Notes: generated by a model from the sequence alone, not told the origin. A stretch of DNA of 64,000 nt from a bacterium (GCA_963675755.2 CAXXMD010000002.1:1056001-1120000), one strand, 5' to 3'. Numbered from the stretch's first letter, positions 17,699 to 28,344 are shown. Made by a program: numbers and translations.

Positions 17699-18411
17699 AA
17701 AAAATATTCGAAATTCTGATCTCGGCTCTCTCCTGGACCATTGGCATTGTTTTGTTTATACCCTTTGGATTGTCAATTATATTAACCAGTTTTGTGATGA
17801 ATCCAAAATATATTGATGGAAATATCAAAGCCGGATGTCGGTTTATCATGTGGATGATGGGCATTCACATCTCCACTGAAGGTAAATCTCTGATTGATAA
17901 AAATAAAACATATATCTTTATGGCCAATCATGTTAATCTTTTTGATGGTTTGGTGCTTTATGGACACATCCCTAATTATGCCAGAGGTGTTGAACTGGAC
18001 AAACATTTTAGCTGGCCATTTTGGGGTTACCTGATACGTAGAATGGGAATGATCCCCATCAGCCGTACCCAGGGCAAAAGCGCACTTGCAAGTCTTGAAA
18101 AAGCGAGAAAGAGCATTGAACAGGGAACGTCAATCATCATCCTGCCGGAAGGTACACGTACTCTTGATGGAAACCTGAAACCTTTTAAAAGAGGTCCATT
18201 TTATTTGGCGTTAAAGGCACAGGCAGACATTGTTCCTGTTGCCATGCTGGATGCATTTCGTATTAAGCGCAAAGGGAGCTGGCTCATTAAACCCGGCAAA
18301 ATGAAAATTAGATTTGATAAGCCCATACCTTTTGATCAAATAAAGGATATGGAAATCGCTGACATTCACACCCTGGTAAAAACAAAAATATCACAATTAA
18401 TTGAGTCCTGA
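17695..18411 (+). CDS. 1-acyl-sn-glycerol-3-phosphate acyltransferase (PlsC family)
   Basis: NHVNLFD and PEGTR, FKRGPF; ATGA overlap with the lipid kinase. Confidence 0.9.
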   Translation: MKKIFEILISALSWTIGIVLFIPFGLSIILTSFVMNPKYIDGNIKAGCRFIMWMMGIHISTEGKSLIDKNKTYIFMANHVNLFDGLVLYGHIPNYARGVELDKHFSWPFWGYLIRRMGMIPISRTQGKSALASLEKARKSIEQGTSIIILPEGTRTLDGNLKPFKRGPFYLALKAQADIVPVAMLDAFRIKRKGSWLIKPGKMKIRFDKPIPFDQIKDMEIADIHTLVKTKISQLIES

Positions 18412-18417
18412 TGTTAT

Positions 18418-18456
18418 AAAAAAAAAGGCAGCTGGAAATAATCCTGCTGCCTTTTT
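18418..18456. terminator. Bidirectional intrinsic terminator
   Basis: A9-GGCAGC...GCTGCC-T5 between convergent genes. Confidence 0.8.
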
Positions 18457-18481
18457 AGCTTGGGTAAAGAAAACAAACGTA

Positions 18482-20140
18482 TTAATCTATAACGACAACA
18501 TCTTTATCAACATTCTCACCACATTGAATTACCGGCTTTTTATCCATAAACATATCCCCTTGCAGTTTAATATTTTTACTTTTTTCTCCATCAACATGAA
18601 TTTCAAAATTTTCCGGTAAAGGTACATACAATTGTGAGAATGAAATATTTTCACCCTGCATAATTTCTATTATTGGATTTTCTTTTACATTCAAAATTGT
18701 GTTTTCAAATTTAATATTATCTGTGAAAATACATTTGACACCTTTTTCAGAACTCATTTTCATATTATTAAAATGAATATCTTTGATATATAACTCGGGT
18801 AGTCCGCGTATAAAAACCGAAGTTTCAGCATTTAAACTGGTAATGGTATCAAAATCAATATTGCGAAATATTGGCGTACCTTCATCAACTTTTGGTATAT
18901 CATCAACTAGACCAATATTTTCATAAAACAAATCAAACAAGATGGCCTCAAAAAGAACATCAATCATTTGAATATTTTGAAAATACATATTTTCTACAAC
19001 GCCACCCCGGCCTCTTATGCTTTTAAATCTCAAACCAACATCCGTGCCGATAAAAGTACAATCGGAAACCCAAACATTATTTACGCCACCAGACATTTCG
19101 CTGCCGGTGGTTACCCCTCCATGTCCATGATAGACTGTGCAATTGTAGATAATAATATTTTCGCTGGCGACACCGCGTTTACGGCCAAATTCATCTCTTC
19201 CCGATTTAATACAAATTGCGTCATCTCCCACATCAAAGCTGCAATCATAAAGCAGAACATTTTTAGAGGATTCCAGATCAATTCCATCACCATTTTGTGA
19301 AAACCAGGGGTTCCTTACAGTAATATTGCGAATAATTATATTTTCGCACAACAAGGGATGAATATTCCATGCCGGAGAGTTTTGAAAAGTAGGCCCATCA
19401 ATAAGAATATTTTTACTATTTACCAGTCTTAACAATACAGGTCTTAGAAAATCTCTGGCTGGGAGATAATCTTCAATCTTGACATCAGGTTTATTCTCAA
19501 GAGAACGAATATATTCAGCACCCTGCATGGCACCTGGTGAAGGCCACCAAATATCACCATCCTCCTGAACTACGCCGCCAGATTCTTTTAATGCATTCCA
19601 TTGCTTAAAAGTCATTTTAAATCTTTTAACAGGGCGCCATGCACCACCAGAACCATCAATAATACCGGAACCGGTTATGGCAACATTTTCCGCATCTACG
19701 ATATTTATTGGGCTTGTACTACGCACTTGTTCCAGGCCTTCAAAGGAACTGTGAACCAGAGGATAATCACTTAAATCCTTACTAAATAAAAGCACAGCAC
19801 CTTTTTCCAAAAACAATTCCATATTACTTTTTAAATTGATAGGTCCAGTCAACCAGATTCCTTCCGGAACCAATATCCTGCCCCCTCCTGCTTTTTCACA
19901 ATCATCAATAGCTTTTTCAAATGCTTTTGTATTCTTTTCCAATCCGTTTCCGGTTGCATTGTAATCTAAAATATTGAATTCTTTTTCCGGAATGGAAGGT
20001 TCATAAATATCTCCCATTTCAAATGGAACCGGACCGGTTTCAGCTAATATCCATTCGGTTAAATTTTCAGTAAAACCAGCTGAACTGAAAAATATAAAAA
20101 TCAATACTACAAAATTTATTATGACATGTTCTTTTCTCAT
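18482..20140 (-). CDS. GH28 polygalacturonase-family glycoside hydrolase
   Basis: NGDGID, GDDAICIKSG, GHGG..GSE, RFKS motifs; signal peptide, no CTD. Confidence 0.93.
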   Translation of the reverse strand: MRKEHVIINFVVLIFIFFSSAGFTENLTEWILAETGPVPFEMGDIYEPSIPEKEFNILDYNATGNGLEKNTKAFEKAIDDCEKAGGGRILVPEGIWLTGPINLKSNMELFLEKGAVLLFSKDLSDYPLVHSSFEGLEQVRSTSPINIVDAENVAITGSGIIDGSGGAWRPVKRFKMTFKQWNALKESGGVVQEDGDIWWPSPGAMQGAEYIRSLENKPDVKIEDYLPARDFLRPVLLRLVNSKNILIDGPTFQNSPAWNIHPLLCENIIIRNITVRNPWFSQNGDGIDLESSKNVLLYDCSFDVGDDAICIKSGRDEFGRKRGVASENIIIYNCTVYHGHGGVTTGSEMSGGVNNVWVSDCTFIGTDVGLRFKSIRGRGGVVENMYFQNIQMIDVLFEAILFDLFYENIGLVDDIPKVDEGTPIFRNIDFDTITSLNAETSVFIRGLPELYIKDIHFNNMKMSSEKGVKCIFTDNIKFENTILNVKENPIIEIMQGENISFSQLYVPLPENFEIHVDGEKSKNIKLQGDMFMDKKPVIQCGENVDKDVVVID

Positions 20141-20147
20141 AAGTTCC

Positions 20148-21299
20148 TCAATAAACGTCCGAATCTAAAACATCATGCTCAATTGAATTTTTCTCCAACC
20201 AGTGTGGGTAATCATTGTTTAACAATGAAGCGGGCCAATAACCTAACCAGCCATATTCATTTCTACGCTCACTAGAAATTTCGGACAACTCTGTATAAAT
20301 TTTACCATCCCTGTCACTAAAAAAAGGACGGTTATCATTGATATTATAAAATCTGGCCCAAAGTGGAGGTGCATAATCATCATGGATCACTATCCTGTCA
20401 AATCCTGTTGGGCTTTCAGAGTCAGGTTGTTCAATAATCCGTTTCTGTTCTATCCTGACTTTGTGTAACCAGGTAATACCTGATTGAATAGATGTAACAA
20501 TTTCTTTTGAAGGATTCTCAATAGTCATTAAAAACCGCAAAATCCCGACAGTTGCCTTGCCGCTTATAGATACAAGCTCATAACTTCTTGCCTGTCTGGG
20601 TTCCAGCGTTCTTTCATCATATTGAGCGCACCAACCTGTTAATTCCCCATTAACCTTGATTTGACTTTCCAGTATACAATCTATTCCTTTGTCGATAGCC
20701 TTTTTAGCCTTGCTTTTTCTGCTTTGATCAACAAAAGAAAATTGCTCATTATGAACCGTTTCATTCAGTAAAAAAAGAATACCGGTCATTGCATCATCAT
20801 TAAAAGTGATATGTGAATAATATCCCCTTCTCAATGGATAATATTGCGGCCAGCCCCCATTATCATATTGAGCTGCTAAAATATAATCCAGGCCTTTTAA
20901 AAAGGCCAAAACATAACGATGATCACCGGTATAACGATATATTTGGGCAAGAAAAAAAAGCTGGGTATAGGTTGCACCATTATCAAAAGTTGCCAGCATT
21001 TCATTGGGATATTCAGCAAATCGATTCATAACCTCACTGCTCAATTCAACTGAATAATCCACATTCTTGGGCCATCCCCCCGAATCACGTTGATAAACAA
21101 GAACCCGTTCTGCAATTTGTTTTGCATCATTTGAACGGAACCATTCTGTATCATGGTCCATAAAAAATGCCCATAAATTTGATTGAACTGTCTTGTCAGC
21201 GTATACCAATTGATTGATTTCATTCGTACTATTGGCAAACGAAAAAATTGGTAATATCAAAAAAATCAAAACAATTATTTTTTTTATCAACGAATCCAT
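20148..21299 (-). CDS. PL10 pectate lyase (PelA-type)
   Basis: GGWPKN, TFDNGAT, GGWPQYYP, TFNDDAM, WCAQYD, ARSYE, WARFY. Confidence 0.92.
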   Translation of the reverse strand: MDSLIKKIIVLIFLILPIFSFANSTNEINQLVYADKTVQSNLWAFFMDHDTEWFRSNDAKQIAERVLVYQRDSGGWPKNVDYSVELSSEVMNRFAEYPNEMLATFDNGATYTQLFFLAQIYRYTGDHRYVLAFLKGLDYILAAQYDNGGWPQYYPLRRGYYSHITFNDDAMTGILFLLNETVHNEQFSFVDQSRKSKAKKAIDKGIDCILESQIKVNGELTGWCAQYDERTLEPRQARSYELVSISGKATVGILRFLMTIENPSKEIVTSIQSGITWLHKVRIEQKRIIEQPDSESPTGFDRIVIHDDYAPPLWARFYNINDNRPFFSDRDGKIYTELSEISSERRNEYGWLGYWPASLLNNDYPHWLEKNSIEHDVLDSDVY

Positions 21300-21334
21300 T
21301 AAAAAAGCAGACCTTGTCTAAATCATTCAAAACA

Positions 21335-21370
21335 AAATAAACAGGGGCAAAAGCAAAACTTTTGCCCCTG
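21335..21370 (-). terminator. Intrinsic terminator inside the pectin locus
   Basis: 12-bp stem CAGGGGCAAAAG/CTTTTGCCCCTG, then TTTATTTT on the minus strand. Confidence 0.8.
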
Positions 21371-21377
21371 AACTCGA

Positions 21378-24300
21378 TTATTTCAACAACATCATTTTAT
21401 TAACTTTGGTAAAGTTATTGACTTCCATCCGGAAAAAGTAAAGACCGGATGAATAGTTTGCAGCGTTAAAAGATACCTGATATCGGCCGGCACCATACTG
21501 ACGATCAGCAAGCACTGCTACCTGCTGTCCCAGTGTGTTATAGATGGTAATCTTGACACGACCAGCTTCAGGCAACTGGAATGGAATCACTGTAACAGGA
21601 TTAAACGGATTCGGATAATTCTGTTTCAGATCATATGTTTGAGGTACGGTAGATTCAGTATCATAAGTGATAGCAGTATTAATTTTATCCACATACAATT
21701 CTTCAGGAATAGGTTCACCTTCATCCGGGCCATATGCGCCAGATAGATCAAGAATACACCAATCCATATATCCACCAATAGCATCTCCGGATCCATCACC
21801 AACTTTGATATAATTATCACTGTTAGACTCGCCGGATACACCTACCATAAAAGGCACAGGATTTTCATCGATATAGATTGTCGAAGTATCACCACTTATT
21901 GCAACACGGATGGTGTGCCATTCATACAGACTGAAATCACCTTGTACTTCAACACTGGATTTTTCCAGTTCAAGAGTGCTGTCTGCACCCCATATACGCA
22001 ACTCGTCACGTGAGCCAACATTTGCATTACGCCATTGCAGATCAAAGATACGGTCATAGGTAGAATCTGCCTCACCTTTGATTCTGGCAATCATGGTATA
22101 TGCTTTTTCACCATAACCTTCGGGGAAACTGTAACGGTACATACGTGTTCCGTTTGGCTGCAGATATTTGAATATCTTGTTGCCTTCAATATCGGGATCA
22201 TCAATAATCTCTTCAACCATATCCGCACCTGGTGCATCCTGACTCAGATCAGAAAGATCAAGGGTACAGATACTGGTATCAGAATCCGTTGGTAATACAC
22301 TTGCATCATATACCATCCAGCCGGGTTCAATAGGTGCAATATAAGGATCTACATAGATGCCTTCAGGAATTGCAAGGCCATCATTTGCACCATGTGCACC
22401 ATAAAAATCTACCATAATCCAGTCCAGATAACCACCAATGGCATCACCTGAACCATCACCAATTTTAATATAGGTATCGCTAGAAGTTTCAGTAGAACGT
22501 CCGGCAATATAAGGTGTTGAACGTTCATCAACAAAGACTGTTGCAGAATCACCACGTACTTCAATACGATAAGAGTGCCAACTGTACAAATTCAAATCAA
22601 CTTTAACTTGTACATCCGCTTTTTCAAGTTCAAGTGTGCTGTCTGCAGGCCAAATACGCAGTTCTTCACGGCTGTTGGCATTACCATTTCGCCATTGAAT
22701 ATCAAACACACGGTCATAAGCTACATGGTTTATGCCTTTCAGACGTACGAAAATGGTAAAAGATGAATCGGTAAATGTTTCAGCAAAACTGTGACGGTAC
22801 ATTTTGGTACCATCGGGCTGCAGATATTTCAAGACTTTATTACCTTCAATTTCTGCATCATCCGAAATTTGTTCAACAAAAGTTGTTCCGGGGGCATCCT
22901 GGCTCACTTCAGAGAGATCCAGGGTATCACCATTGCTGGTTGTTTCAGATGGTAAAATACTGGCATCATATACCAGCCAATGTGGAATTTCAGGTTCAGG
23001 GCCTGTATCAACCTGAAGATAACCGGGAACCGGTAGTCCCGCACCTGGAGCATAAGCACCGGAAACATCCATAATAAACCAATCAACATAACCACCGATT
23101 GCTTCACCAGAACCATCACCAATTTTTACATACTTGTCAGTACTTGCGGATTCAGAAACACCCGAAAGAACGGGTTGATCATTTTCATCAAGGTATATAT
23201 CTGCCTTGTCGCCGGTTACAACAATTCTGAATGTATGCCATTCATAAAAATCAACATCCAGTTTAATGCTAATATCTGCTTTTTCAAGCTCAATAGTACT
23301 GTCTACAGGCGAAACGCGAAGTTCTTCACGGGTACCTGCATTACCGTTTCTCCATTGAACATCAAAGACGCGGTCGTAGGTTTCCGGATCATTTTCGCCT
23401 TTCATACGGATCAGCATGGTCAAAGTAGAATCCGTGTAGCTTTCATCCAAATAATGACGATACATGGTTTTACCATCGGGATGCAGATATTTCAAAAGTT
23501 TATTCTCGGCAATATCAGGATCATCAACAATTTCCTGGATAAAACCTGCACCGGGAGAATTATCACTTACACTTGTAAGATCAAGGGTATCTCCTCCACC
23601 ATCAGTAAACTCGGGAAGTACACTTGCATCATATACCAACCAACTAGGTACATTGTTTTCCTGACCGTCTACAAAAAGAGTTTCAGGAATTTCCAAACCT
23701 TCTCCAGGAGCAAAAGCACCCGCTTTATCAAAAATAACCCAATCAACATAACCACCAATAGCATCACCGGAACCATCACCAATCTTGATGTAATTATCAC
23801 CACTGGTTGAACCGGAAATACCAGTTAGCACAGTAATGGGATTTTCATCAATGTACAAAGTTGCTTCATCGCCATTAACAGCAATACGATAGGTATGCCA
23901 TTCGTAGAGGTTCATATCAACTTTAATCTCTACATCAGCTTTTTCCAATTCAATGGTGCTGTCAGCAGGCCAGATACGTAATTCATCACGGCTGTTGGCA
24001 TTTCCATTGCGCCATTGTAAATCAAATGCTCTGTCATAAACCGAGCCAGTATCTGCTTTAACACGTGCAATCAATGTAAATGCAGAATCAGTATAACTTT
24101 CTTCAAAATAATGACGATACATGGTTTTACCATCAGGGTGCAAATATTTCAGTAATTTGTTACCGGAAATATCAACATCATCAATAATTTCCTGAATAAA
24201 ACCGGCACCTGGGGAATTATCACTCACACTGGTAAGATCAAGTACATCTCCACCTACTCCTGTTTCAGAAGGTAGAACACTGGCATCATAAACCAGCCAT

Positions 24301-25028
24301 TTTTGTACATCATCCATTAAACCATCAACATAATAGTCTTCAGGAAAAGCAGTTCCTTCACCGGGGGCATAAGCACCACTGTTGTCAAAAACAACCCAGT
24401 CAACATAACCGCCAATAGCATCACCAGAGCCATCACCAATTTTGATGTAATTGTCACCACTTGTTGATGTAGAAGCACCGCTAACAACAGCAATAGGAGC
24501 TTCATCAACGTAAACAGTAGCTTCATCACCATTTACAGCAATTCGGTAGGTATGCCATTCATAGAGATCCATATCAACTTTGATCTCAACATCTGCTTTT
24601 TCCAACTCGATAGTACTATCAGCAGGCCAGATACGTAATTCATCACGGCTATTGGCATTACCATTACGCCATTGCAGGTCAAACGCGCGGTCATAAACCG
24701 AACCCGTATCCGCTTTTACGCGTGCAACCAGGGTAAAAGCAGAATCCGTATATGCTTCATCAAAATAATGACGGTACATGGTTTTACCATCGGGATGAAG
24801 ATACTTTAAAATTTTATTACCCGTGATTGCAGGATCATCAATAATTTCCTGGATAAATCCTTCACCGGGTGAATCGTCACTGACACTTGTCAGATCGAGT
24901 ACATCACCGCCAGTTCCCGTTTCAGACGGCAACACACTTGCATCGTAGGTTAACCATTGTGCCTGTAACTGCGTTACGGCAAACAGCATCATTACGACAG
25001 CTAGTAGTACCAACCCTTTACTTTTCAT
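21378..25028 (-). CDS. Secreted 1216-aa protein: five tandem ~220-aa lectin/ConA-like domains plus CTD
   Basis: Signal peptide; five copies of WxxYDASVLP...WRNGN...WHTYRI...IKIGDGSGDAIGG; NYPNPFNP...KMMLLK. Confidence 0.85.
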   Translation of the reverse strand: MKSKGLVLLAVVMMLFAVTQLQAQWLTYDASVLPSETGTGGDVLDLTSVSDDSPGEGFIQEIIDDPAITGNKILKYLHPDGKTMYRHYFDEAYTDSAFTLVARVKADTGSVYDRAFDLQWRNGNANSRDELRIWPADSTIELEKADVEIKVDMDLYEWHTYRIAVNGDEATVYVDEAPIAVVSGASTSTSGDNYIKIGDGSGDAIGGYVDWVVFDNSGAYAPGEGTAFPEDYYVDGLMDDVQKWLVYDASVLPSETGVGGDVLDLTSVSDNSPGAGFIQEIIDDVDISGNKLLKYLHPDGKTMYRHYFEESYTDSAFTLIARVKADTGSVYDRAFDLQWRNGNANSRDELRIWPADSTIELEKADVEIKVDMNLYEWHTYRIAVNGDEATLYIDENPITVLTGISGSTSGDNYIKIGDGSGDAIGGYVDWVIFDKAGAFAPGEGLEIPETLFVDGQENNVPSWLVYDASVLPEFTDGGGDTLDLTSVSDNSPGAGFIQEIVDDPDIAENKLLKYLHPDGKTMYRHYLDESYTDSTLTMLIRMKGENDPETYDRVFDVQWRNGNAGTREELRVSPVDSTIELEKADISIKLDVDFYEWHTFRIVVTGDKADIYLDENDQPVLSGVSESASTDKYVKIGDGSGEAIGGYVDWFIMDVSGAYAPGAGLPVPGYLQVDTGPEPEIPHWLVYDASILPSETTSNGDTLDLSEVSQDAPGTTFVEQISDDAEIEGNKVLKYLQPDGTKMYRHSFAETFTDSSFTIFVRLKGINHVAYDRVFDIQWRNGNANSREELRIWPADSTLELEKADVQVKVDLNLYSWHSYRIEVRGDSATVFVDERSTPYIAGRSTETSSDTYIKIGDGSGDAIGGYLDWIMVDFYGAHGANDGLAIPEGIYVDPYIAPIEPGWMVYDASVLPTDSDTSICTLDLSDLSQDAPGADMVEEIIDDPDIEGNKIFKYLQPNGTRMYRYSFPEGYGEKAYTMIARIKGEADSTYDRIFDLQWRNANVGSRDELRIWGADSTLELEKSSVEVQGDFSLYEWHTIRVAISGDTSTIYIDENPVPFMVGVSGESNSDNYIKVGDGSGDAIGGYMDWCILDLSGAYGPDEGEPIPEELYVDKINTAITYDTESTVPQTYDLKQNYPNPFNPVTVIPFQLPEAGRVKITIYNTLGQQVAVLADRQYGAGRYQVSFNAANYSSGLYFFRMEVNNFTKVNKMMLLK
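21688..24956 (-). repeat. Five tandem intragenic repeats of 657-663 bp
   Basis: The first Trp codon of each unit starts at 24956, 24299, 23642, 22979 and 22319. Confidence 0.92.
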
Positions 25029-25102
25029 TACTCCTCCTTTTTAGAAATTAAATTTGTCTACCCATTTTATTTAATTCTATTATTATCTTTTCCGGCAGGA
25101 TG

Positions 25103-26122
25103 TCAAAAAGCAACACCTATTGAAAAACGGTTCACATTTTGGAACACCTCAAACTCCGAATAAGAGTAATCAAATGAAATCTTGTAACCACTGAAACCGG
25201 TTGCCAAACCCAAACCACATGACCAGGAAGCAATATCCTGGTTGGTCTGATAACCTCCGCGAAACGAAATACTTTTCATAAAAACATATTCAAGACCAAA
25301 ATTGGCCCGTTCTGTATAGTTATTGGGATGCAGAAAATCAACTGCAAGCATCAATTCATTTTTATCATTTCTCAACGCGGGAAATACCTGAAAAATATCC
25401 ATTGCAGCACCCATGGTAAATAACAAGGGTAAGGGTTCATATACTTTTTCGCGTTTGAGATTTGAAGAAAAATTGCGAATAGCCATTCCAAAGCGCAGGC
25501 TCTTTAAACCAGTGTAATATTTTACACCGGCATCAAAAACCAGCTTTACCGCTTTATTTTCTATCGTTTCACCGGTAGAAAAAGTATTGCTGCCCAAATT
25601 GTGCTCAACATAACGCAGATTTCCACCAATAAGGAAACGATCACTGATAGCGCGTCCATATGTCAAACCGATTGCTATTGCACCAACATCATCCAGGGCT
25701 CCGTCATCTCTGTACCCCAGAGGATACATGCTGCTCTCTGCCTCTGTAATTAAGCTGGTTCCGTTGATTGTACCGTAATCAACCCAAAGCACACTCAGAC
25801 CAAAAGAACCCATATTGCCTGCATTCCAGACAATGGCATCTGCCATGTAATTAATATCCGCAATCCAACGAGTATCACACATTTTAAAATCAAAGCGGGA
25901 CGGAGATTCAACAATACCCGCAGGATTAAAAAATATACTTTCTGCACCTTCGCCAACTGCAATAAATGTTTCACCCAAAGCTGCCGCCCGGGGAGAAACA
26001 TTGACCAGCAAAAAGTTCATGGTGCTCTGACCAACCTTTTTCAACCCCACTTGCGCCGTAGCAACCGTACTGACTGCAAGCATGATGACCAGGTTTAGCA
26101 GGATTAATTTATATAGTTTCAT
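25103..26122 (-). CDS. PorV/PorQ-family (FadL-like) outer-membrane beta-barrel
   Basis: FLLVNVSPRAAALGE...SIFFNPAG N-terminal motif; amphipathic strands; terminal Phe. Confidence 0.85.
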   Translation of the reverse strand: MKLYKLILLNLVIMLAVSTVATAQVGLKKVGQSTMNFLLVNVSPRAAALGETFIAVGEGAESIFFNPAGIVESPSRFDFKMCDTRWIADINYMADAIVWNAGNMGSFGLSVLWVDYGTINGTSLITEAESSMYPLGYRDDGALDDVGAIAIGLTYGRAISDRFLIGGNLRYVEHNLGSNTFSTGETIENKAVKLVFDAGVKYYTGLKSLRFGMAIRNFSSNLKREKVYEPLPLLFTMGAAMDIFQVFPALRNDKNELMLAVDFLHPNNYTERANFGLEYVFMKSISFRGGYQTNQDIASWSCGLGLATGFSGYKISFDYSYSEFEVFQNVNRFSIGVAF

Positions 26123-26143
26123 TAATGTCTCCTTGCTTCCGAA

Positions 26144-28306
26144 TTATCTAACGACAACGAGTTTTTGGTAAGAAACCTGTCCATCAGGGGTTTCAAAAAC
26201 CGCGATATAAACACCACTGTGAATCACCTGTTGGCTGGATGTTAACATGTCCCACTCGGTATGGCCCGATTTTACAGGACTGTCATGCTCCAGTGTTTGT
26301 ACAAGGTCACCATTTTCAGTAAAAATCTTTATTGTTACTTTGGCCGGCAGATTAAAAAACTGCACTGCACGCTGATCGGTAAATCCATATTCTATCAACA
26401 AGGGATCACTGATATTATAGGGATTGGGAACAATTCGAATTTTACTGAGATCATCTTGAGTAAAATGTGGGGGCTTAACCCAGGTAATATTGGGATCTAG
26501 AACGCGTGCACTGTAAATCACATTACCACGGGAAGTGGGATACGCGTTTATATCATCATTATCTATAGTGGCTTTGGCTTGAACGTAATAATAGTAATGC
26601 GCGCCAATTAAAACTTCTTTATCCACATATAAATGCTCGGCAGCAACATCATCAGGACCGGATGAATAGATTTCCTGGAATAATACTGTGTCCATATTAG
26701 AAATACGACGCATGATTCGGTAGCCGGCAAAATTTTCCATTGTTTCCGCTTCTTCATCTACCCACTTGATTTCTACGCCTGTACCCAGGCCGGTAATCTC
26801 TACACTTGATGGTGGTGGAGGTGCCTGTGGGACTTTATAACCATGATCAAAATTCCATTTAGCCCGGCTTGCACTCTGCATTACAGAATCAACACCGGTA
26901 CTAACCCAGCGATTTTTAATCTTGTCGCGTTCAGTTGCACCGGAGGGATATACAAAATTATCGGGGAAATATCCGGTAACCGCATTGGGAATACCTGGTG
27001 GTTCTTCCAGATTATTTTTTGACCATTTGTAACCAATTTCTTTGGATTTACTGATACTTAACCCAGAGTAACCACTGGCATAAACCACATGAAGCTTTGT
27101 TCCGGGTAAAAATGTATATGGACCAAAACTGCTCCACATTTTTGAATCATTATTCTGATGCGTTCCTGCGGGGTGACTTGCAAAATCGGCACTGCCCTGC
27201 TCGTCACTGTTACCACCATGATATGTATCCGGCCAGGTATTTCCACTCATTGGGAAATATTCTGAATACCCGCCACGTATAGCCCAAAAGTTTTTACTGC
27301 CGAATTCATCACCCTGTTCGTTATAAGGTATCAGGTTATCTTTACCTATATAAGTTACTTTCGGTTGTAAAAAATCATCCTGATCATTAACATCCGATGT
27401 ATAGGGTTCTTCTGAGGCATGCAAAATGGAATACCAAACAAATTTTGAATTCAGCAATCTACCGTTTTGTGAAACAGCAGGTGCGCCCATATCGTCACCT
27501 GTAGTTTCAGGGTCATCTGCACTGTATTCATAAAAAACACGCAGAGAATCACCTACACGGCCGCCATAATAATGCTGCCAGGTAATTGAAGGATCATAAC
27601 GTTCACCGGATGCAGGTGCCGGATTATTTCCATATGAACGTAAAGTATTGCTGCCATTGAGCTGCATATTGATAAAAAAGTCCGTCAATGTGTCATCTGA
27701 AACATTGGTAAACGTTACGTCTGTAATGATATAATCATTATGAAAATTCTGGGACCAGGCCATAACTGTGCGATCTATTTGAACTCCCAGAATATTTTCA
27801 GTTGTAACTTTAATAATTTGATCACAAGTCATGTCACCAAATTGAGAAGGATCAATTTCTCCGAATGGATCAATAGTAGATTCTTCAAAATCAACTACCC
27901 TGTCCGCATATGTATATCGGACATAATTGGTCATGGGCTCAACAACTTTACCTACAGGTTGAAAGTCATTTGTTGGACCATACACAGCAACAGTATGCAA
28001 TGTATCAATAGGATCTACCCAATCAGTAGTAGCTAACAGCAATCCACCACCAACCCAGGCATCGCGATATTGTCCACGGGCACCCAATATATCAAAATCA
28101 TTGGGAAAGAATCCTGCCCGAAAATCAAAGCTGCCTTTATCTCCATTGGCAGTAACACCGCTCCACACAGTTCCCATACGGATCTGTGCTTTTTCCAGTT
28201 CTGCCTGCGTTTGTGAAAAAGCATTCACAAACATGAACAACAGCAGGAACAGGATTACAGAGATTGTAATAATTCTGTTATGATAACAGGGTTTTGGAAA
28301 ATTCAT
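26144..28306 (-). CDS. 720-aa secreted protein with an Fn3-like domain and a variant CTD (TBDR partner)
   Basis: Sec signal without lipobox; PQAPPPP...IKW...GYRI...YYYVQA; IRIVPNPY...FFNLP...SGVY...KLVVVR. Confidence 0.75.
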   Translation of the reverse strand: MNFPKPCYHNRIITISVILFLLLFMFVNAFSQTQAELEKAQIRMGTVWSGVTANGDKGSFDFRAGFFPNDFDILGARGQYRDAWVGGGLLLATTDWVDPIDTLHTVAVYGPTNDFQPVGKVVEPMTNYVRYTYADRVVDFEESTIDPFGEIDPSQFGDMTCDQIIKVTTENILGVQIDRTVMAWSQNFHNDYIITDVTFTNVSDDTLTDFFINMQLNGSNTLRSYGNNPAPASGERYDPSITWQHYYGGRVGDSLRVFYEYSADDPETTGDDMGAPAVSQNGRLLNSKFVWYSILHASEEPYTSDVNDQDDFLQPKVTYIGKDNLIPYNEQGDEFGSKNFWAIRGGYSEYFPMSGNTWPDTYHGGNSDEQGSADFASHPAGTHQNNDSKMWSSFGPYTFLPGTKLHVVYASGYSGLSISKSKEIGYKWSKNNLEEPPGIPNAVTGYFPDNFVYPSGATERDKIKNRWVSTGVDSVMQSASRAKWNFDHGYKVPQAPPPPSSVEITGLGTGVEIKWVDEEAETMENFAGYRIMRRISNMDTVLFQEIYSSGPDDVAAEHLYVDKEVLIGAHYYYYVQAKATIDNDDINAYPTSRGNVIYSARVLDPNITWVKPPHFTQDDLSKIRIVPNPYNISDPLLIEYGFTDQRAVQFFNLPAKVTIKIFTENGDLVQTLEHDSPVKSGHTEWDMLTSSQQVIHSGVYIAVFETPDGQVSYQKLVVVR

Positions 28307-28344
28307 ATAAACTCCATCCCATTTTAATATCGAACTCGATTAAA

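Noticed and set aside
21688-24956. Long repeats considered as a CRISPR array, DGR or mobile element
   Set aside because: In-frame protein domain repeats with mostly synonymous or conservative divergence; no spacers, cas genes or reverse transcriptase.
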